A stretch of DNA of 64,000 nucleotides. Origin: Nitrospirota bacterium. Its GTDB lineage: Bacteria; Nitrospirota; Nitrospiria; Nitrospirales; NS-4. The notes beneath the pieces were generated by a model. It did no database searches, was not told where the DNA came from, and was given only the letters and a program-made list of their open reading frames with translations. The stretch's first letter is position 1, and every line of letters starts with the position of its first letter. Positions 21,545-33,164 of the stretch are shown here, piece by piece. The DNA is taken from positions 320,001 through 384,000 of the forward strand of contig CAWBGA010000001.1 in the NCBI GenBank assembly GCA_963788195.1, written 5' to 3'. Made by a program: the position numbers and the translations under genes.

Positions 21545-21937
21545 TCACTCAACTTGGATCCTTGCCTGCGTGTTGACTTCCCCGCCGGGAAGGGGGGAGT
21601 CCATCCGGACGTGATATTTCACCTCGCCGGCTTTACTGAAACAAATGCTCGCCGTTTGACCGGCGGCAATGACCGCGGTCCCATCATCGGAAAATCCTCT
21701 GAGACATGACAGGATGTCCTTCCTCGTGTCCAACAGCACCACTTTAACGGGCGCGAGCCGACGATTGATCCATCGGACTTCGTCCCCGGGACGTGCGCGT
21801 GCAATCTCCGGCGACACGTTGGCCTCGATCTGAACATCTCTGATTTCGCCAGTCCTCGTCGTCTCTGGCAAGGTTGTACAACCACCGATGATGATTGCCG
21901 TCCCGACGACTACAACGAGATTTTTGTAAGTCTGCAC
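21545..21937 (-). CDS. Cupredoxin-fold-like lipoprotein
   Basis: Lipobox IGGC, PGDEVRWIN, ASICFSKAG. Confidence 0.6.
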   Translation of the reverse strand: MQTYKNLVVVVGTAIIIGGCTTLPETTRTGEIRDVQIEANVSPEIARARPGDEVRWINRRLAPVKVVLLDTRKDILSCLRGFSDDGTAVIAAGQTASICFSKAGEVKYHVRMDSPLPGGEVNTQARIQVE

Positions 21938-22201
21938 GATTCCCTCCTTTTCATGTGGCTTGCGTTTCGACTGCAGTATAACAATTTTCTGGGGTCAAAC
22001 AAAGAGACACTACGTCGCAAGGTTTAAGAAACTTTCTTCGGGCACGCCCTCCGGAGCGACTGTTGACGTGTGCTGAGACCTGTATCACATGCGACGCCCA
22101 TTCGTATCACTTCGGATAGCGCGACGTTCACGGGGAGGACCTGAGCGAACACAAACGCAAGGAACACATCGGCAGAATCGAGCAATGAGCGGCTTAGCCG
22201 C

Positions 22202-22217
22202 TGGCATACGGCTTGCA
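22202..22217 (+). promoter_or_regulatory. Sigma-54 -24/-12 promoter
   Basis: TGGCATACGGCTTGCA = GG-N10-GC, about 50 bp upstream of the small ORF. Confidence 0.75.
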
Positions 22218-22268
22218 CAGCTTAGGAGCAGGACCAAGACACTCTGCAAGACAAAGGAGGTGAGTAAA

Positions 22269-22415
22269 ATGGCATGGGGAATAATGATGACGGCTATGAT
22301 GCTGTTTGGAATGCTGGGGCTGGCGATGTTTGAAGTGACGACCGTCCATGAGGCGTCGACGAAACCCGATGTCGATCACGATGCCGACACGGAAGAAGTG
22401 AAGAAGGCGGCATAG
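22269..22415 (+). CDS. Small single-TM protein (48 aa)
   Basis: AAGGAGG RBS, hydrophobic N-terminus, ends KKAA; lies downstream of a sigma-54 promoter. Confidence 0.65.
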   Translation: MAWGIMMTAMMLFGMLGLAMFEVTTVHEASTKPDVDHDADTEEVKKAA

Positions 22416-22435
22416 GGGTGGAGCCGGTTTGAGCC

Positions 22436-25188
22436 TTATTGCTTGGCTAAATCTTCCAGGACGAGGCGCATTCTTCGAAGCTCGTCTCCATAGCGGCTCC
22501 AGTCCTGCTCTTTCAACGCCGCTTGCGCCTTGTTGAAATGATCCAGAGCCTCCTGGGCCAGCGCCGAAGTGGGGGGTGGCCGCGAGGGTTGACCACCCCG
22601 GCCGCAGGGGCGATGGCAGTGGCGACGGCTGTCTCCTTGATCGTCGCGGTCGCCGCGCGTCCGAAGATTCCTTCCAAGGCAGCTTCCAGATTCGGCGCCA
22701 TATTGAGTTGATTGCCGTATGCGACGATCACGCGTCGTAGCTCCGGCAGCGCTCCCTCCGACGCCGACAGATAGAGAGGTTGAACGTACAACAACGCATC
22801 TTCGATAGGAATCGCGAGCAAACTTCCGCGGATGACCTGAGAGCCGCGTTGACTCCATAGCGTGATCTGCTGAGAGATCGCCGAGTCCTGGTCGATTCGA
22901 GCTTCGACCTGCCGGGGCCCATAGACCAGCTTTTGTTTGGGGAACAGATACACGATCAACTTGCCGTAATTCGGAGCGTCAGAACGGGCGGCGAGCCAGG
23001 CGGCCATGTTGTCGCGTTTTGCGGGGGTAAACGGAACCAACAGGATGAATTCCTCCTTCCGTTCTTTCTCCGTGCCGGTCTTCGGGAGCCGCATGATGGT
23101 GTAGTACGGCTCCATGTCCTTGTCGTTTTTCTTCGGGATGTTCCAAAGATCTTCCTTGTTGTAGAAACTTTGCGGGTCCTGCATGTGGTAGGTCGCGAAG
23201 ACGTGCGACTGGATATTGAACAAGTCTTGGGGATACCGCAGATGCGCTTTGAGGTCTTCCGGCATGTCCGTCAAGGGCTTGAGGAGCCCCGGAAAGATCT
23301 TTTGATAGGCCTGCACCAGCGGGTCGTGAGGATCGCTGATGTACAGATTCACCGATCCGTCATAGGCGTCCACTGAAGCTTTCACCGAGTTTCGGATGTA
23401 GTTGCCGATCCGGCCGACGGGTTGTGCATAAGGAAAGCGGTCCGTGGTGGTATACCCGTCAACGAGCCACACGAGTCGTCCATCCTTGGTTATGACCAGA
23501 TAGGAGTCTTCATCAAGCCGGAGAAACGGCGCGACTTTCGCCACCCGTTGCCGAATCTGTCGATTGTAAAGAATGCGTGAGTCGCTCGTAATATCGTTGG
23601 AGAGGATGATCTTGAGACTCCCGAAGTAGGCGGCGAAAAGGAGTTTGCGGGGAAAAGACAGGCCCGAGACCCCTCCAGGTCCCGAATAGGTCGACATCAC
23701 ATTTTTTTCGCCTGACGGGTAATCGAACTCGGCGGCTTTTGTTCGCACGAAGACGTAATCGTTCGGGATCTCTCCGAAATAAATCTCCGGACGTGTCACC
23801 TTCAGATCGATGGTCGAGATCGGCGGAATATCGCGAATAAAAAATTCCGGCAAGCCTTCCGCTGAGATCCGGTTTACCGGACCAAGAGCGACGCCGTACC
23901 CATGGGTATAGGTGAGATGCTCATTGATCCAAATACGGCTCGGCAGATTCCGGTACGCCAGTTCCCGCGGCGAGAGCATGATCTGCCGGTATTCTCCATT
24001 GATGAAGTAGCGATCATTATCGACATCGACAAAATCGTAGTACGTCCGGATCTGTTGGAGCTGCTTGTACGTGGCGAGCAGGGGCCGATGATCCCACAGC
24101 CGCACGTTCTTGATCGTCAGATGATTGCGGGCGATATCCTCTGCCGCCAGTTCCTGCTTCGCGGGGAAAAGCTCCTCCTGAATATCCGCCACGCCAAAGC
24201 CAAGACGAGTCAATTCGATGTTGTGCTGGATGTAGGGCCGCTCCATGGCGCTCTCATTGGGGACGACCTGAAAGCGATGGATGAATTCAGGATAGAGTCC
24301 CAAGCCGACCGTGCCGACAAGAACGGTCAGCGCCGTCACGATCACTGCCGGCCGCCAGATCCCGCGCACCGCAAAAATGAGAAAAGTCAGTGCGGCCAGC
24401 GCGCAGAGGACGACCAGGCTCTTGAGAATGGGGAGGGCCGCGTGAACATCGGCATAGACCGCGCCGAACACCACGCCACGTCGCGAGTAGAGCAGGTCGT
24501 AAGCGTCAAGGTGGTACCCCCAGGCTTTAAGTCCGGCAAGTATGGCCAGGAGCATCCCCAGGTGCCGTCGCGCGAAACTCTCCATATGCACGGTACGCCG
24601 TGCAACCACGATCGCCTGTGTCATGAGGTACACGGTCAGCACCGCAGCGGTGGTGAGGAGAACCAGGCCCATGAGCCAGTCCTGCATGTACGTAAGGAAC
24701 GGCAACCGAAAAACGTAAAATGCGAGGTCCTCGCCGAAAAGCGGGTCGTTGCGCCCGAACGGCATGGCGTTCCGGTAAAGTAAGTATTCCTCCCAATGGG
24801 CGGCTCCCCCCAGCGCAGCTACGAGGGCGAACACGAGTGAAGCGCCGCCGACGATCTGAAACAGACGCGCCCTGACCGGTTCAGCAAAGCGCAGCAGCAA
24901 CAGGCTTTCCATCGTGCCCCAATAGCGGGTCGGTTGATGCCGACCGGCCAGGAGCACATTGGCAAAGAACACTGCGAAGAAAATGAGGCCGAAAGCGCCC
25001 CCGACGAAGAGCTGAGAGGATAAGAGGGTTACAAAGACCGGACGATAACCCACTTCTCCGAACCAGAGCCAATCCACATACAGGGCCAGGGAATTTGCGA
25101 GGGAAAGGACAAGTAAGAGGAACAGAGCGGCGATTAATCCAAGGCGGCCAGTGCTCACGGTCGAAAGAGACTCGGCGGGATGCGTCAC
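22436..25188 (-). CDS. UPF0182 family membrane protein, frameshifted near C-terminus
   Basis: DWLWF, DPLFG, YTHGYG, RYPQDLF, YGPRQ, GDEL motifs. Confidence 0.9.
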
Positions 25189-25691
25189 TGACTCAGCACG
25201 CCCGCAGGAATGCCCGCCTTGCGCGCTTCATCGGGGATGGTGGTCGAGAGCGCATGCTCTTTCTCGCTGATTTGCTCGTCGAGTTCGGCAAGCTTTGCGC
25301 GATGTCTGGCATCCACTTCGGGATCAGCGAAGAGTTTCCCAAAACGCTCCCCTCTGAGGGTATCGTATTCTTTCTGAGCGATGTCCCGTTGAGTCTTGAG
25401 CTGCTCGAGGTCCTCGCGCGTCCTGTTCATGCGATCCCGCCATACTGCATATATCTCCTCGGAGTCGCCCGGAGGAGGGCTGGCGATGCCGCGCGGGATC
25501 AGAAGGGACAGTTTGAAAAGTCTTTCGAGCGGGGAGCGCTGGGATTTGCCGTCCACGCGGCGGGCCGATTCCCGATATTGCGGCGGGACTTTCTGGAGAC
25601 TGTCGGCATATCCGACGTTGCCGTTCTTATCGGTCCAGCGGTAGGTTTCCGCGAGCGCTGAAGTGGACGCGCTCACCACAATCAGAGTCAC
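25185..25691 (-). CDS. DUF4124-domain exported protein (start probably further upstream)
   Basis: YRWTDKNGNVGYAD..KVPPQYR followed by coiled coil. Confidence 0.75.
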   Translation of the reverse strand: MTLIVVSASTSALAETYRWTDKNGNVGYADSLQKVPPQYRESARRVDGKSQRSPLERLFKLSLLIPRGIASPPPGDSEEIYAVWRDRMNRTREDLEQLKTQRDIAQKEYDTLRGERFGKLFADPEVDARHRAKLAELDEQISEKEHALSTTIPDEARKAGIPAGVLSQ

Positions 25692-25846
25692 GGCATGAGA
25701 ACTTTAGCTGGAAGTTCGGATATTCCTGGCGATCACAAATTGCACACCTATTTCTGGCTATTCTAGCCTTGCTTTTCATTGAAAAACAAGCTGAAATAGC
25801 TTTCGGACGCAGTCGTGACATGCGTCAATGCACATTGCCAGGACCC

Positions 25847-26229
25847 ATGAGTGAGGAGTCGCTGCGATCAAAATTCTCGTCGGGGCAGTGACGTTGGATG
25901 CTGAACTGAAATCGACACGGACGGCAAAGGCCATTTACGATCTCCTGCCCGTGGAGGCCGCCATGAATGCGTGGGGGGACGAATTTTACTTCAAAATTCC
26001 ATTGATCAAGGATCATCGTGAGACGGCGACCCTGAAGGTGGCTGTCGGGGATATCGCCTACTGGGGAAACGGCCAATCGATCGCGATCTTTTTCGGCCGA
26101 ACCCCGGTGAGCACCGGAACGGACCCGGTGCCCGCGGACCGGGTCAACATTGTCGGAAAAATCAAAGGTGATGCGACCGTACTGAGAACCGCCACGGGGG
26201 CTTCTAGGATCAGAATGGAGAGGGGATGA
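25847..26229 (+). CDS. Cyclophilin-like fold protein (frameshift near start)
   Basis: WGDEFYF, GDIAYW, IFFGRTP. Confidence 0.8.
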
Positions 26230-26507
26230 GACTATCTCCGGAGCGCGTCGCCGGTCTGGCCGGGCTCCTGGTAGACAAATTGGTCGCCGCCCACATGCTG
26301 GATCCCATCCTGGAGCGAAAGGCTCTGGTCACCTCATTGGAACATGTCATGGTCCACGAATTGAGTGTCGAGGATCGCATCAATGCGGAGGCGAAGGAAC
26401 TGATGCGACAGCATAATGATGAGATCGCGAAAGGCCAACTCGACGAGCATCAGCTGTTCCAGATGATCAAAAAACAGCTTGTCCGGGATAGGAATGTCAT
26501 TCTCTAG
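26226..26507 (+). CDS. DUF507 family protein
   Basis: MRLSPERV...IKKQLVRDRNVIL. Confidence 0.8.
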   Translation: MRLSPERVAGLAGLLVDKLVAAHMLDPILERKALVTSLEHVMVHELSVEDRINAEAKELMRQHNDEIAKGQLDEHQLFQMIKKQLVRDRNVIL

Positions 26508-26696
26508 GGGAAAAGAAATCTGTCCCACGGGACAAGGCGCTGTCCAGGGGGTCAAACGGCATGTCTAGGCATGCCGGGGGCAGGGTGGGTGCAATGTCGG
26601 CGGCCGGGGGGTGGTGGGTGAAATAAGATTCCAGGGTGGGTGGGTGTCAGGGGCAAAGGGATGCGTCTTGGCGCATCCCAGGAGTGGGCGGGTGTT
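26507..26696 (+). repeat. G-rich modular repeat, locus A
   Basis: Fills the gap between a stop and the next ATG; hairpins CGGCATG-TCTAGG-CATGCCG and GGGATGCG-TCTTGG-CGCATCCC; homologous to 51000-51190 in reverse orientation. Confidence 0.85.
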
Positions 26697-26976
26697 ATGG
26701 TCTTGAGCGAAGAGAAGATCAGCCATCTTTCGCATCTTATTTTAAATCATCTGAAAGCTCCTGGGCATGCCCGCTTCAAGGTTGAGGAGGCGGTGGTCGC
26801 TGCGTGAGATTAAACGAGTCTTGGCCGGCGAACTGAAAGCTGAAGAGGAGGCGGACATGGTGGTACGACGGCGGCTTGCCTCCTACTCCAAACCGCTGGC
26901 GGAGGGGACCACGGAATGGGAGACCCTCTATCGCAAGGCATTTGAAGAGGAGATGCGCAAACGCAAGAAGGTGTAA
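26697..26976 (+). CDS. Second DUF507 family protein, frameshifted
   Basis: MVLSEEKISHLSH... joined to ...LREIKR...EWETLYRKAFEEEMRKR. Confidence 0.75.
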
Positions 26977-27030
26977 GCTATACTATAGGAACACGACGGA
27001 CCGCGACATCATGCAGCCGGAGATGAGTCA

Positions 27031-28477
27031 ATGCCTGATATGAAACCAGATAAGCAGTATCTCGAGGAATTCGGCATCACCGGCCACGAGGTGCAGACCG
27101 TAATGGGCAAAGTGAAGGTCCGCGATGTGGACTATGCGGATTTGTACTTTGAGCATACCGTCGCCGAGTCCGTTTCCATGGAAGAGAGCCTCGTGAAACG
27201 CGCCTCCAAGAGCATCTCGCAAGGCGTCGGCGTGCGAGCGACGGCTGGTGAAAAGACCGGCTATGCGTATAGCGACGAGATCAGCCTTTCCCAATTGGAA
27301 CAGGCCGCCGATACCGCCCGGTATATTGCCCGTTCACCGGCTGGGGAAGGCCAGGTTCCCGCCGTGCGGGTGGGGCGGCCCTCTCAGGATCTCTATCCGG
27401 TGGGTCAGCCCGCCACAGAAGTTGATACCGCAGGAGAAGGTTGCGCTGCTGCAGAAAATTGATGCCCTGGCGCGTGCCTACGATCCCCGAATCAAGAATG
27501 TCATGGCCTCGTTCACCACCGAATATAAAGTGGTCATGGTCGCGAATTCGGAAGGCGAGATGGTGGGCGATGTGCAGCCGCTTTCCCGATTGCAGATTAC
27601 CTGCATTGCCGAGGAAAACGGCCTGCGACAGATGGGGACATACGGCGGCGGCGGGCGCTCCGACTTCGCATTCTTTTTTGAGGAAGGGCGATGGGAGCGT
27701 TACACGAGGGAAGCCGCCCGCCAGGCCATCCTGAATCTCTAGCGCGGGGGAGCTCCGGCCGGACCGATGACGGTCGTGCTGGGTGCGGGATGGCCGGGTA
27801 TTCTCTTGCACGAGGCGATCGGCCATGGGTTGGAGGCTGATTTCAATCGCAAGAAGACCTCGGCGTTTTCTGACCGCGTGGGTCAGCGGGTGGCCTCGGA
27901 TCTCTGCACGATCGTGGATGACGGCACGCTGCCATTTCGACGCGGATCCTTGAATGTGGATGACGAGGGCACGCCGACCAGCCGAACCGTGCTGATCGAG
28001 AACGGAATTCTTCGCGGGTACATCACGGATAAGCTGAATGCGCGGCTGATGGGGATTCCCCTGACCGGAAACGGCCGGCGGGAAAGTTTCCAGTGCATCC
28101 CCATGCCGCGGATGACGAATACCTTCATGTTGCCGGGGCAATCGGATCCGGAGGACATCATACGGTCGGTCAAGCGCGGGCTGTATGCCGTGTCCTTTGG
28201 CGGCGGGCAGGTGGATATCACCAACGGAAAGTTCGTCTTCTCGACCAGCGAGGCCTATTTGATCGAGGACGGCAAGGTCACACGGCCGGTCAAGGGGGCG
28301 ACCTTGATCGGCAGCGGCCCGGAGATTCTCAAGAAGGTCTCCATGGTAGGAAACGATATGCGGCTCGACGAAGGCATCGGCACATGCGGGAAGGATGGCC
28401 AGTCGGTGCCGGTCGGCGTGGGGCTGCCGACGATTAAGGTCGATGAGATCACCGTCGGCGGAACGCAAGTGGCATAA
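27031..28477 (+). CDS. tldD: Metalloprotease TldD, frameshifted
   Basis: [39 protein letters not shown]. Confidence 0.92.
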
Positions 28478-29818
28478 TGCGCATTGATCAGAATTTCACC
28501 GCAGATGTGATTGCAAGGGCACGAAAAAGAGGCGCTACCGCGGTTGATGTCGTGGCGGTCGAAGGCGACTCTGCTTCTGTGCAGATACGCCTCTCTGCCG
28601 TCGATAAGTTGTCGAAGGCGCAGGAGAAGCGCTTGGGCCTGCGGGTCTATTTCGGCCGGCGCTCTGCGGGGGGCTCGACGTCGGATTTTTCGCCGCCGGC
28701 GTTAGACGATCTGGTTGAGACCACCTGTGCGCTGGCTGAGGCGATCGTTGAAGATCCCGATGCGGGGCTTCCGGATCGCGCGAGCCTGGCGACGCGCCTG
28801 CCGGATCTGGATCTGTACGACCCCACCCCGATGTCCATGGACCAGATGATTGACCGGGCTACACGGGCTGAGCAGGCGGCGTTAGCGAGTGGACCCGCGG
28901 CTAAAGAATTCAGAAGGGGCGGAATTCGGGTACGTGACAGGCCGGACCGTGTTTGCCAACAGCCATGGGTTTTACGGGGACTTTCAAAGCTCGAATTTTT
29001 CATGTTCGGTGTCTCCCATTGCCGTTGAAGAGGGTCTGATGCAGCGGGACTACTGGTACTCGGTGGGGCGCAAGCTGTCGCTGTTGGATCCGCCTGACGC
29101 CATCGGGCGCGAGGCAGGACGGCGGACCGTTCGTAGACTCGGAGCGCGGAAGGTGTCGACGTGCCGGGTTCCGGTCGTCTTTGATTCCGAAATGGCGGGC
29201 AGCTTTTTGGGAAATCTCTGCAGCGCCGTGAACGGGTATGCGATCTATAAAGGCGCCTCTTATCTGATCGGCCGGTTGGGGGAACAGATCGCCGCCGCGT
29301 CCGTCACGATCATGGATGATGGCAGGATGACTCGGGGGCCTTGGCTCGAAGCCATTTGACGGGGAGGGACTTCCGACCCGCAAAACAGTCATGGTGGAGC
29401 GGGGCGTCTTAAAGTCCTATCTTCTGGACACCTATGCGGCTCGCAAGCTCGGGCTGTCCTCCACCGGAAATGCGTCCCGCAGCGTGGGGGAGGCGCCATC
29501 GGCGGGTGCGACGAATTTCTATCTGGCGCCGGGTGCGCGAGTCCCGAGCAGATTATTGGTTCAGTCAAGCGCGGTCTCTATGTGACGGAGTTGATCGGCT
29601 TTGGCATCAATATGGTGACAGGGGATTATTCACGTGGCGCGGTGGGATTCTGGATCGAAAATGGTGAGTTGGCGTATCCCGTAGAGGAAATCACGATCGC
29701 CGGCAACCTGAAAGACATGTGGCTGGGAGTGGAGATGATCGGCAATGATTTGGTCTTCCGTGGAAGAGTCGCAAGCCCGACCGTGAAGATCACGGAGATG
29801 ACGGTTGCAGGCGGGTAG
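28477..29818 (+). CDS. pmbA: PmbA/TldE, frameshifted
   Basis: MQRDYWYS, FDGEG, STGNA, TGDYSRGA, EEITIAGNL; directly follows tldD. Confidence 0.9.
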
Positions 29819-29838
29819 CGCGATCGGAAACGAGAGTC

Positions 29839-30560
29839 ATGGCGGCAGCTCGGCGAAAGGATCTGACTGACCGCATGGTCTCTTTTCCCGGTGAGGGAGT
29901 GACGATGGCCGGCTATATGGCGCGGCCACCGGCAAGGGCCGCACCCCGGCGATCATCGTCATCCAGGAATGGTGGGGCCTCAATGAGCACATCAAGGACA
30001 TCGCGCGGCGGTTCGCCCGCGAAGGGTATGTGGCGATCGCTCCGGACCTGTTTTCCAGGCTCGGGCATAAAGTGACAGCGGACTCCAATGAAGCCGGCAA
30101 ACTGATGCAGGCGCTTCAACAGGCCGATGGCTTGAAGGATCTCAATGCAACCGTGACTTACCTCAAAAGCCTCGACAGTGTCGATCCGAATCGCATCGGC
30201 GTCATCGGATTTTGCATGGGCGGATCGTATGCCCTGATGCTGCCGTGCACGACCCGGGAGATCAAGGCCGCCGTCCGTGTTTTACGGACAGGTCCCCGAT
30301 CCCGATGCGCCTGTAAAGAACCTGGCGGCGCCGATGCTCTATATTTACGGAGAGGACGATGGCTGGATCACCAAAGCGGATGTCGCAGCGACTGCGAGAC
30401 GCTCTGCGCAAATACAATAAGCCCGGAGAGGTAAAAACCTACCCGGGGTGCCCGCATGCGTTCTTCAATGACACGCGTAAGGAAGTCTACCGCCCGGCCG
30501 AAGCCGCAAGACGCGTGGAAGCGAACCCTGTCCTTCTTCCAACAACATCTTCAATCATAG
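29839..30560 (+). CDS. Dienelactone hydrolase family protein, frameshifted
   Basis: QEWWGLN, APDLF, GFCMGG, HAFFND spread across frames. Confidence 0.88.
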
Positions 30561-30562
30561 CC

Positions 30563-31285
30563 GTGCCGACGGCCCGGCGTTTTCGTCCTCCGTTCCACAC
30601 TGAAGATTGGCATACTCCTCAAGGCCGGTTTATCCGTGAGGTAATGTTCGGGATCAATGACGGCCTGGTCTCGACGATCGGATTTGTGGCCGGGGCGACG
30701 GGCTCCTTGATGCAGACGCGCCTGGTCCTGCTCGCGGGTATCGCCTCGGTCGTGGCCGGAGCCTTGTCCATGGGGATCGGCGCCTACCTTGCGAGCAAGT
30801 CTCAGCGGGAGTTCTTCGAGAGCGAGAAGGCGCGGGAGCATCGTGAGATCGAGGAAGTTCCGGAGGATGAGCGGAAGGAGATCCGCGACATTTATGCGCG
30901 TTTGGGCTTTCAGCCGGACGAGGTGGAAATGATCGTGCGGCGCATCACCTCGAATAAGGATCTCTGGGTGCAGACGATGATGCGCGAGGAGTTGGGCATT
31001 CTGGAAGAGACGGTCAATCCGGCCACGATCGGACTGCTGATGATGGTGGCGTTCACGTCGGCGGTATTCCGCCCCTCCTGCCGTATCTGGTGATGCAGGA
31101 GCCGTTGCGCGCGCTGAAAGTGGCAGTGGTCGTCTCGCTGCTGGCCCTGTTTCTGATCGGGGTCGTGAAGACCGCGCTGACCAGCAGCCTGGATGAGGAG
31201 CGGCCTTGAGGTCATGTTCCTGGGCTCGCTTGCCGCCGGTATCGGATTCGCGATCGGAAAGTTGTATCTCGTGGCTGTGGCCTGA
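30563..31285 (+). CDS. VIT1/CCC1 iron/manganese transporter, frameshifted
   Basis: FGINDGLVS, AGALSMGIGAYL, MMREELG. Confidence 0.88.
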
Positions 31286-31323
31286 AGTCGGCGGAGGTGG
31301 GGTTATAACAGAAAGGAGGAGCA

Positions 31324-32110
31324 ATGAAGGCTTTCGAATACTATCGCGGCAGGGATATTTCTCCTTGCATCAATGGCGCAGGCGGCTGGCGCCCAGGTGG
31401 AGCGGGAGAAGCTGCTGTCGGAGCCCGGGCGTCTACGGCACGTTTGCAGTCTTCAAGGTGTCCGATGGGTGGTGGAAGACGGACAAGGCGGCGCGAGCGC
31501 CGGCCGCTGCTGAAGTGAAAAGCGTATTTCAAAAGCATGCGGACAAGGTGATCATGGACACCTATCTATTGCGCGGGCTGTCCGAAAAGGCGGACTTTTT
31601 CCTTCGCGTGCATGTCCGGGAAATGGTGCACAACCAGAACTTTCTCCTGGATCTGATGGGCACAGCGCTGGGCAAGCACCTAAAAAATACCCACACATTT
31701 AACGGCCTCACGAAAAAGCTGAATTACGTGCCCAAGTTTTCCGGAAGAACTCAAACCGAGTTGAAAACGCCGCCGCCTCAGGGTAGTCCCTATGTGATCG
31801 TCGTGCCGGTCCGTAAGGATGCCGAGTGGTGGATCACCGCGCAGGATGCGCGGACTGCGATGATGAAGGAACACACCGATGCGACAGTGGCCTATCTCAA
31901 GACGGTAAGAGAAAGCTGTATCATGCCAGCGGCCTGGACGATCTCGATTTTATCACCTATTTTGAGACCGCCAAGCTGGACGACTTTCAAAATCTCGTCA
32001 TAGGTTTGTTAAAGGTCAAGGAAAATCGTCACAACCCGCAGTTCGGCGATCCGCTGCTGCTCGGCACGATCCGCCCGCTCGACGAAATCTTGGAAATTTT
32101 CTCGCGCTAG
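31324..32110 (+). CDS. cld: Chlorite dismutase (periplasmic, long/clade-1 type), frameshifted
   Basis: YLLRGLS, KDAEWW, EHT (proximal His), KRKLYH (distal Arg), DFITYFET, LLLGTI. Confidence 0.85.
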
Positions 32111-32282
32111 CTCGTCGGATAAGCCCGTGCCGATAGCGCCTGGGGGTGTGTGAAGAAGTAAGTTTACCTGAGCTATTTTTCGGCGTATAACATGCTTAGG
32201 TTAAAACGCTACTTTCTAATCTTCAGGCGGCCTCGTTAGCGCCGAGTGGGGGTGGGGAGAAGCTCTCGCGAGGAGGCAAGCC

Positions 32283-32699
32283 ATGCACGGTACAGTGATG
32301 CTTCTGATTCTCCTGATCGGCATTTCCATTGGGGTTGGCGGCGTGATCTATGGGCCGGACTTGGCTTCGCCATACCTGCCCGACGCATTTCGCCTGAAGA
32401 AAACTGAGACCGTCGCAGGTGAGGTCGTGCAGAAAGTGCGCGAGAGTGATCGTCTTCTTTTGACGGTGCAAACTTCCCGGGGAACAGTGCTTGCCACGTT
32501 CAAGAAAAAAGTCGCGGAGATCGACCTTCTTGTCGAACAGGGGGATGCTGTGACGCTGTCGCTGAGCCGATACGCACCCTTTGTGGAAGACCCGGCCATC
32601 GAACGGGTAAGAAAACAGGACGTGACCCTTCAGCCGAAGACCGGGACGCTGGTGGTGCCTGCCGGGCCCGAGCCAATTGCGGTCGCACCCGCACATTAA
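32283..32699 (+). CDS. Hypothetical membrane-anchored protein
   Basis: GGAGG RBS, N-terminal TM helix, beta-rich body. Confidence 0.7.
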   Translation: MHGTVMLLILLIGISIGVGGVIYGPDLASPYLPDAFRLKKTETVAGEVVQKVRESDRLLLTVQTSRGTVLATFKKKVAEIDLLVEQGDAVTLSLSRYAPFVEDPAIERVRKQDVTLQPKTGTLVVPAGPEPIAVAPAH

Positions 32700-32714
32700 A
32701 GCTTATTTGCTTTC

Positions 32715-33155
32715 CTAGGCTTCCGCCTCCGCGTCTCCGACCTGAGACAAGTGCTGCTCTCCGAAGATGGCGGTCTCGTACTTATAATGTTTGAATTCAA
32801 GGAGGTTGTGAAAGGGATCTTCCAGGAAAAATGTGGCGTGCTCGAGCCGCGTGCCCGGGTAGCGGTGACGGGGCTTTTGGTAAAACGGGAGTGATCGCTC
32901 GCGTGCAAGGTCCACCATGGCCTGCCAATCTTCTGCAGATGTGAAGACAAGTCCAAAGTGGCGCGGATAGATGCTCTTGGGAAGTTCCCCTTGCGTCTTC
33001 ACGAGATGGCCGACCAGTTGGTTGCCTTTGAGATTCAGGGTGATCGCGGAATCGGACATGCGGCCGAGCCCACAACCTAAGCCGTCCACGTAGAACCGTT
33101 TCGCTTCTTTCAAATCGGTGACAGGGAAGGCCAGATGAAAGAGGATTTGTCCCAC
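32715..33155 (-). CDS. VOC/glyoxalase family protein
   Basis: FHLAFPV, RHFG, DPFHNLLEFK. Confidence 0.88.
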   Translation of the reverse strand: MGQILFHLAFPVTDLKEAKRFYVDGLGCGLGRMSDSAITLNLKGNQLVGHLVKTQGELPKSIYPRHFGLVFTSAEDWQAMVDLARERSLPFYQKPRHRYPGTRLEHATFFLEDPFHNLLEFKHYKYETAIFGEQHLSQVGDAEAEA

Positions 33156-33164
33156 GAAAAGAAG

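Noticed and set aside
27031..32110. Programmed ribosomal frameshifting in tldD/pmbA/cld
   Set aside because: There are multiple shifts per gene with no consistent slippery sites, and the same pattern occurs window-wide.
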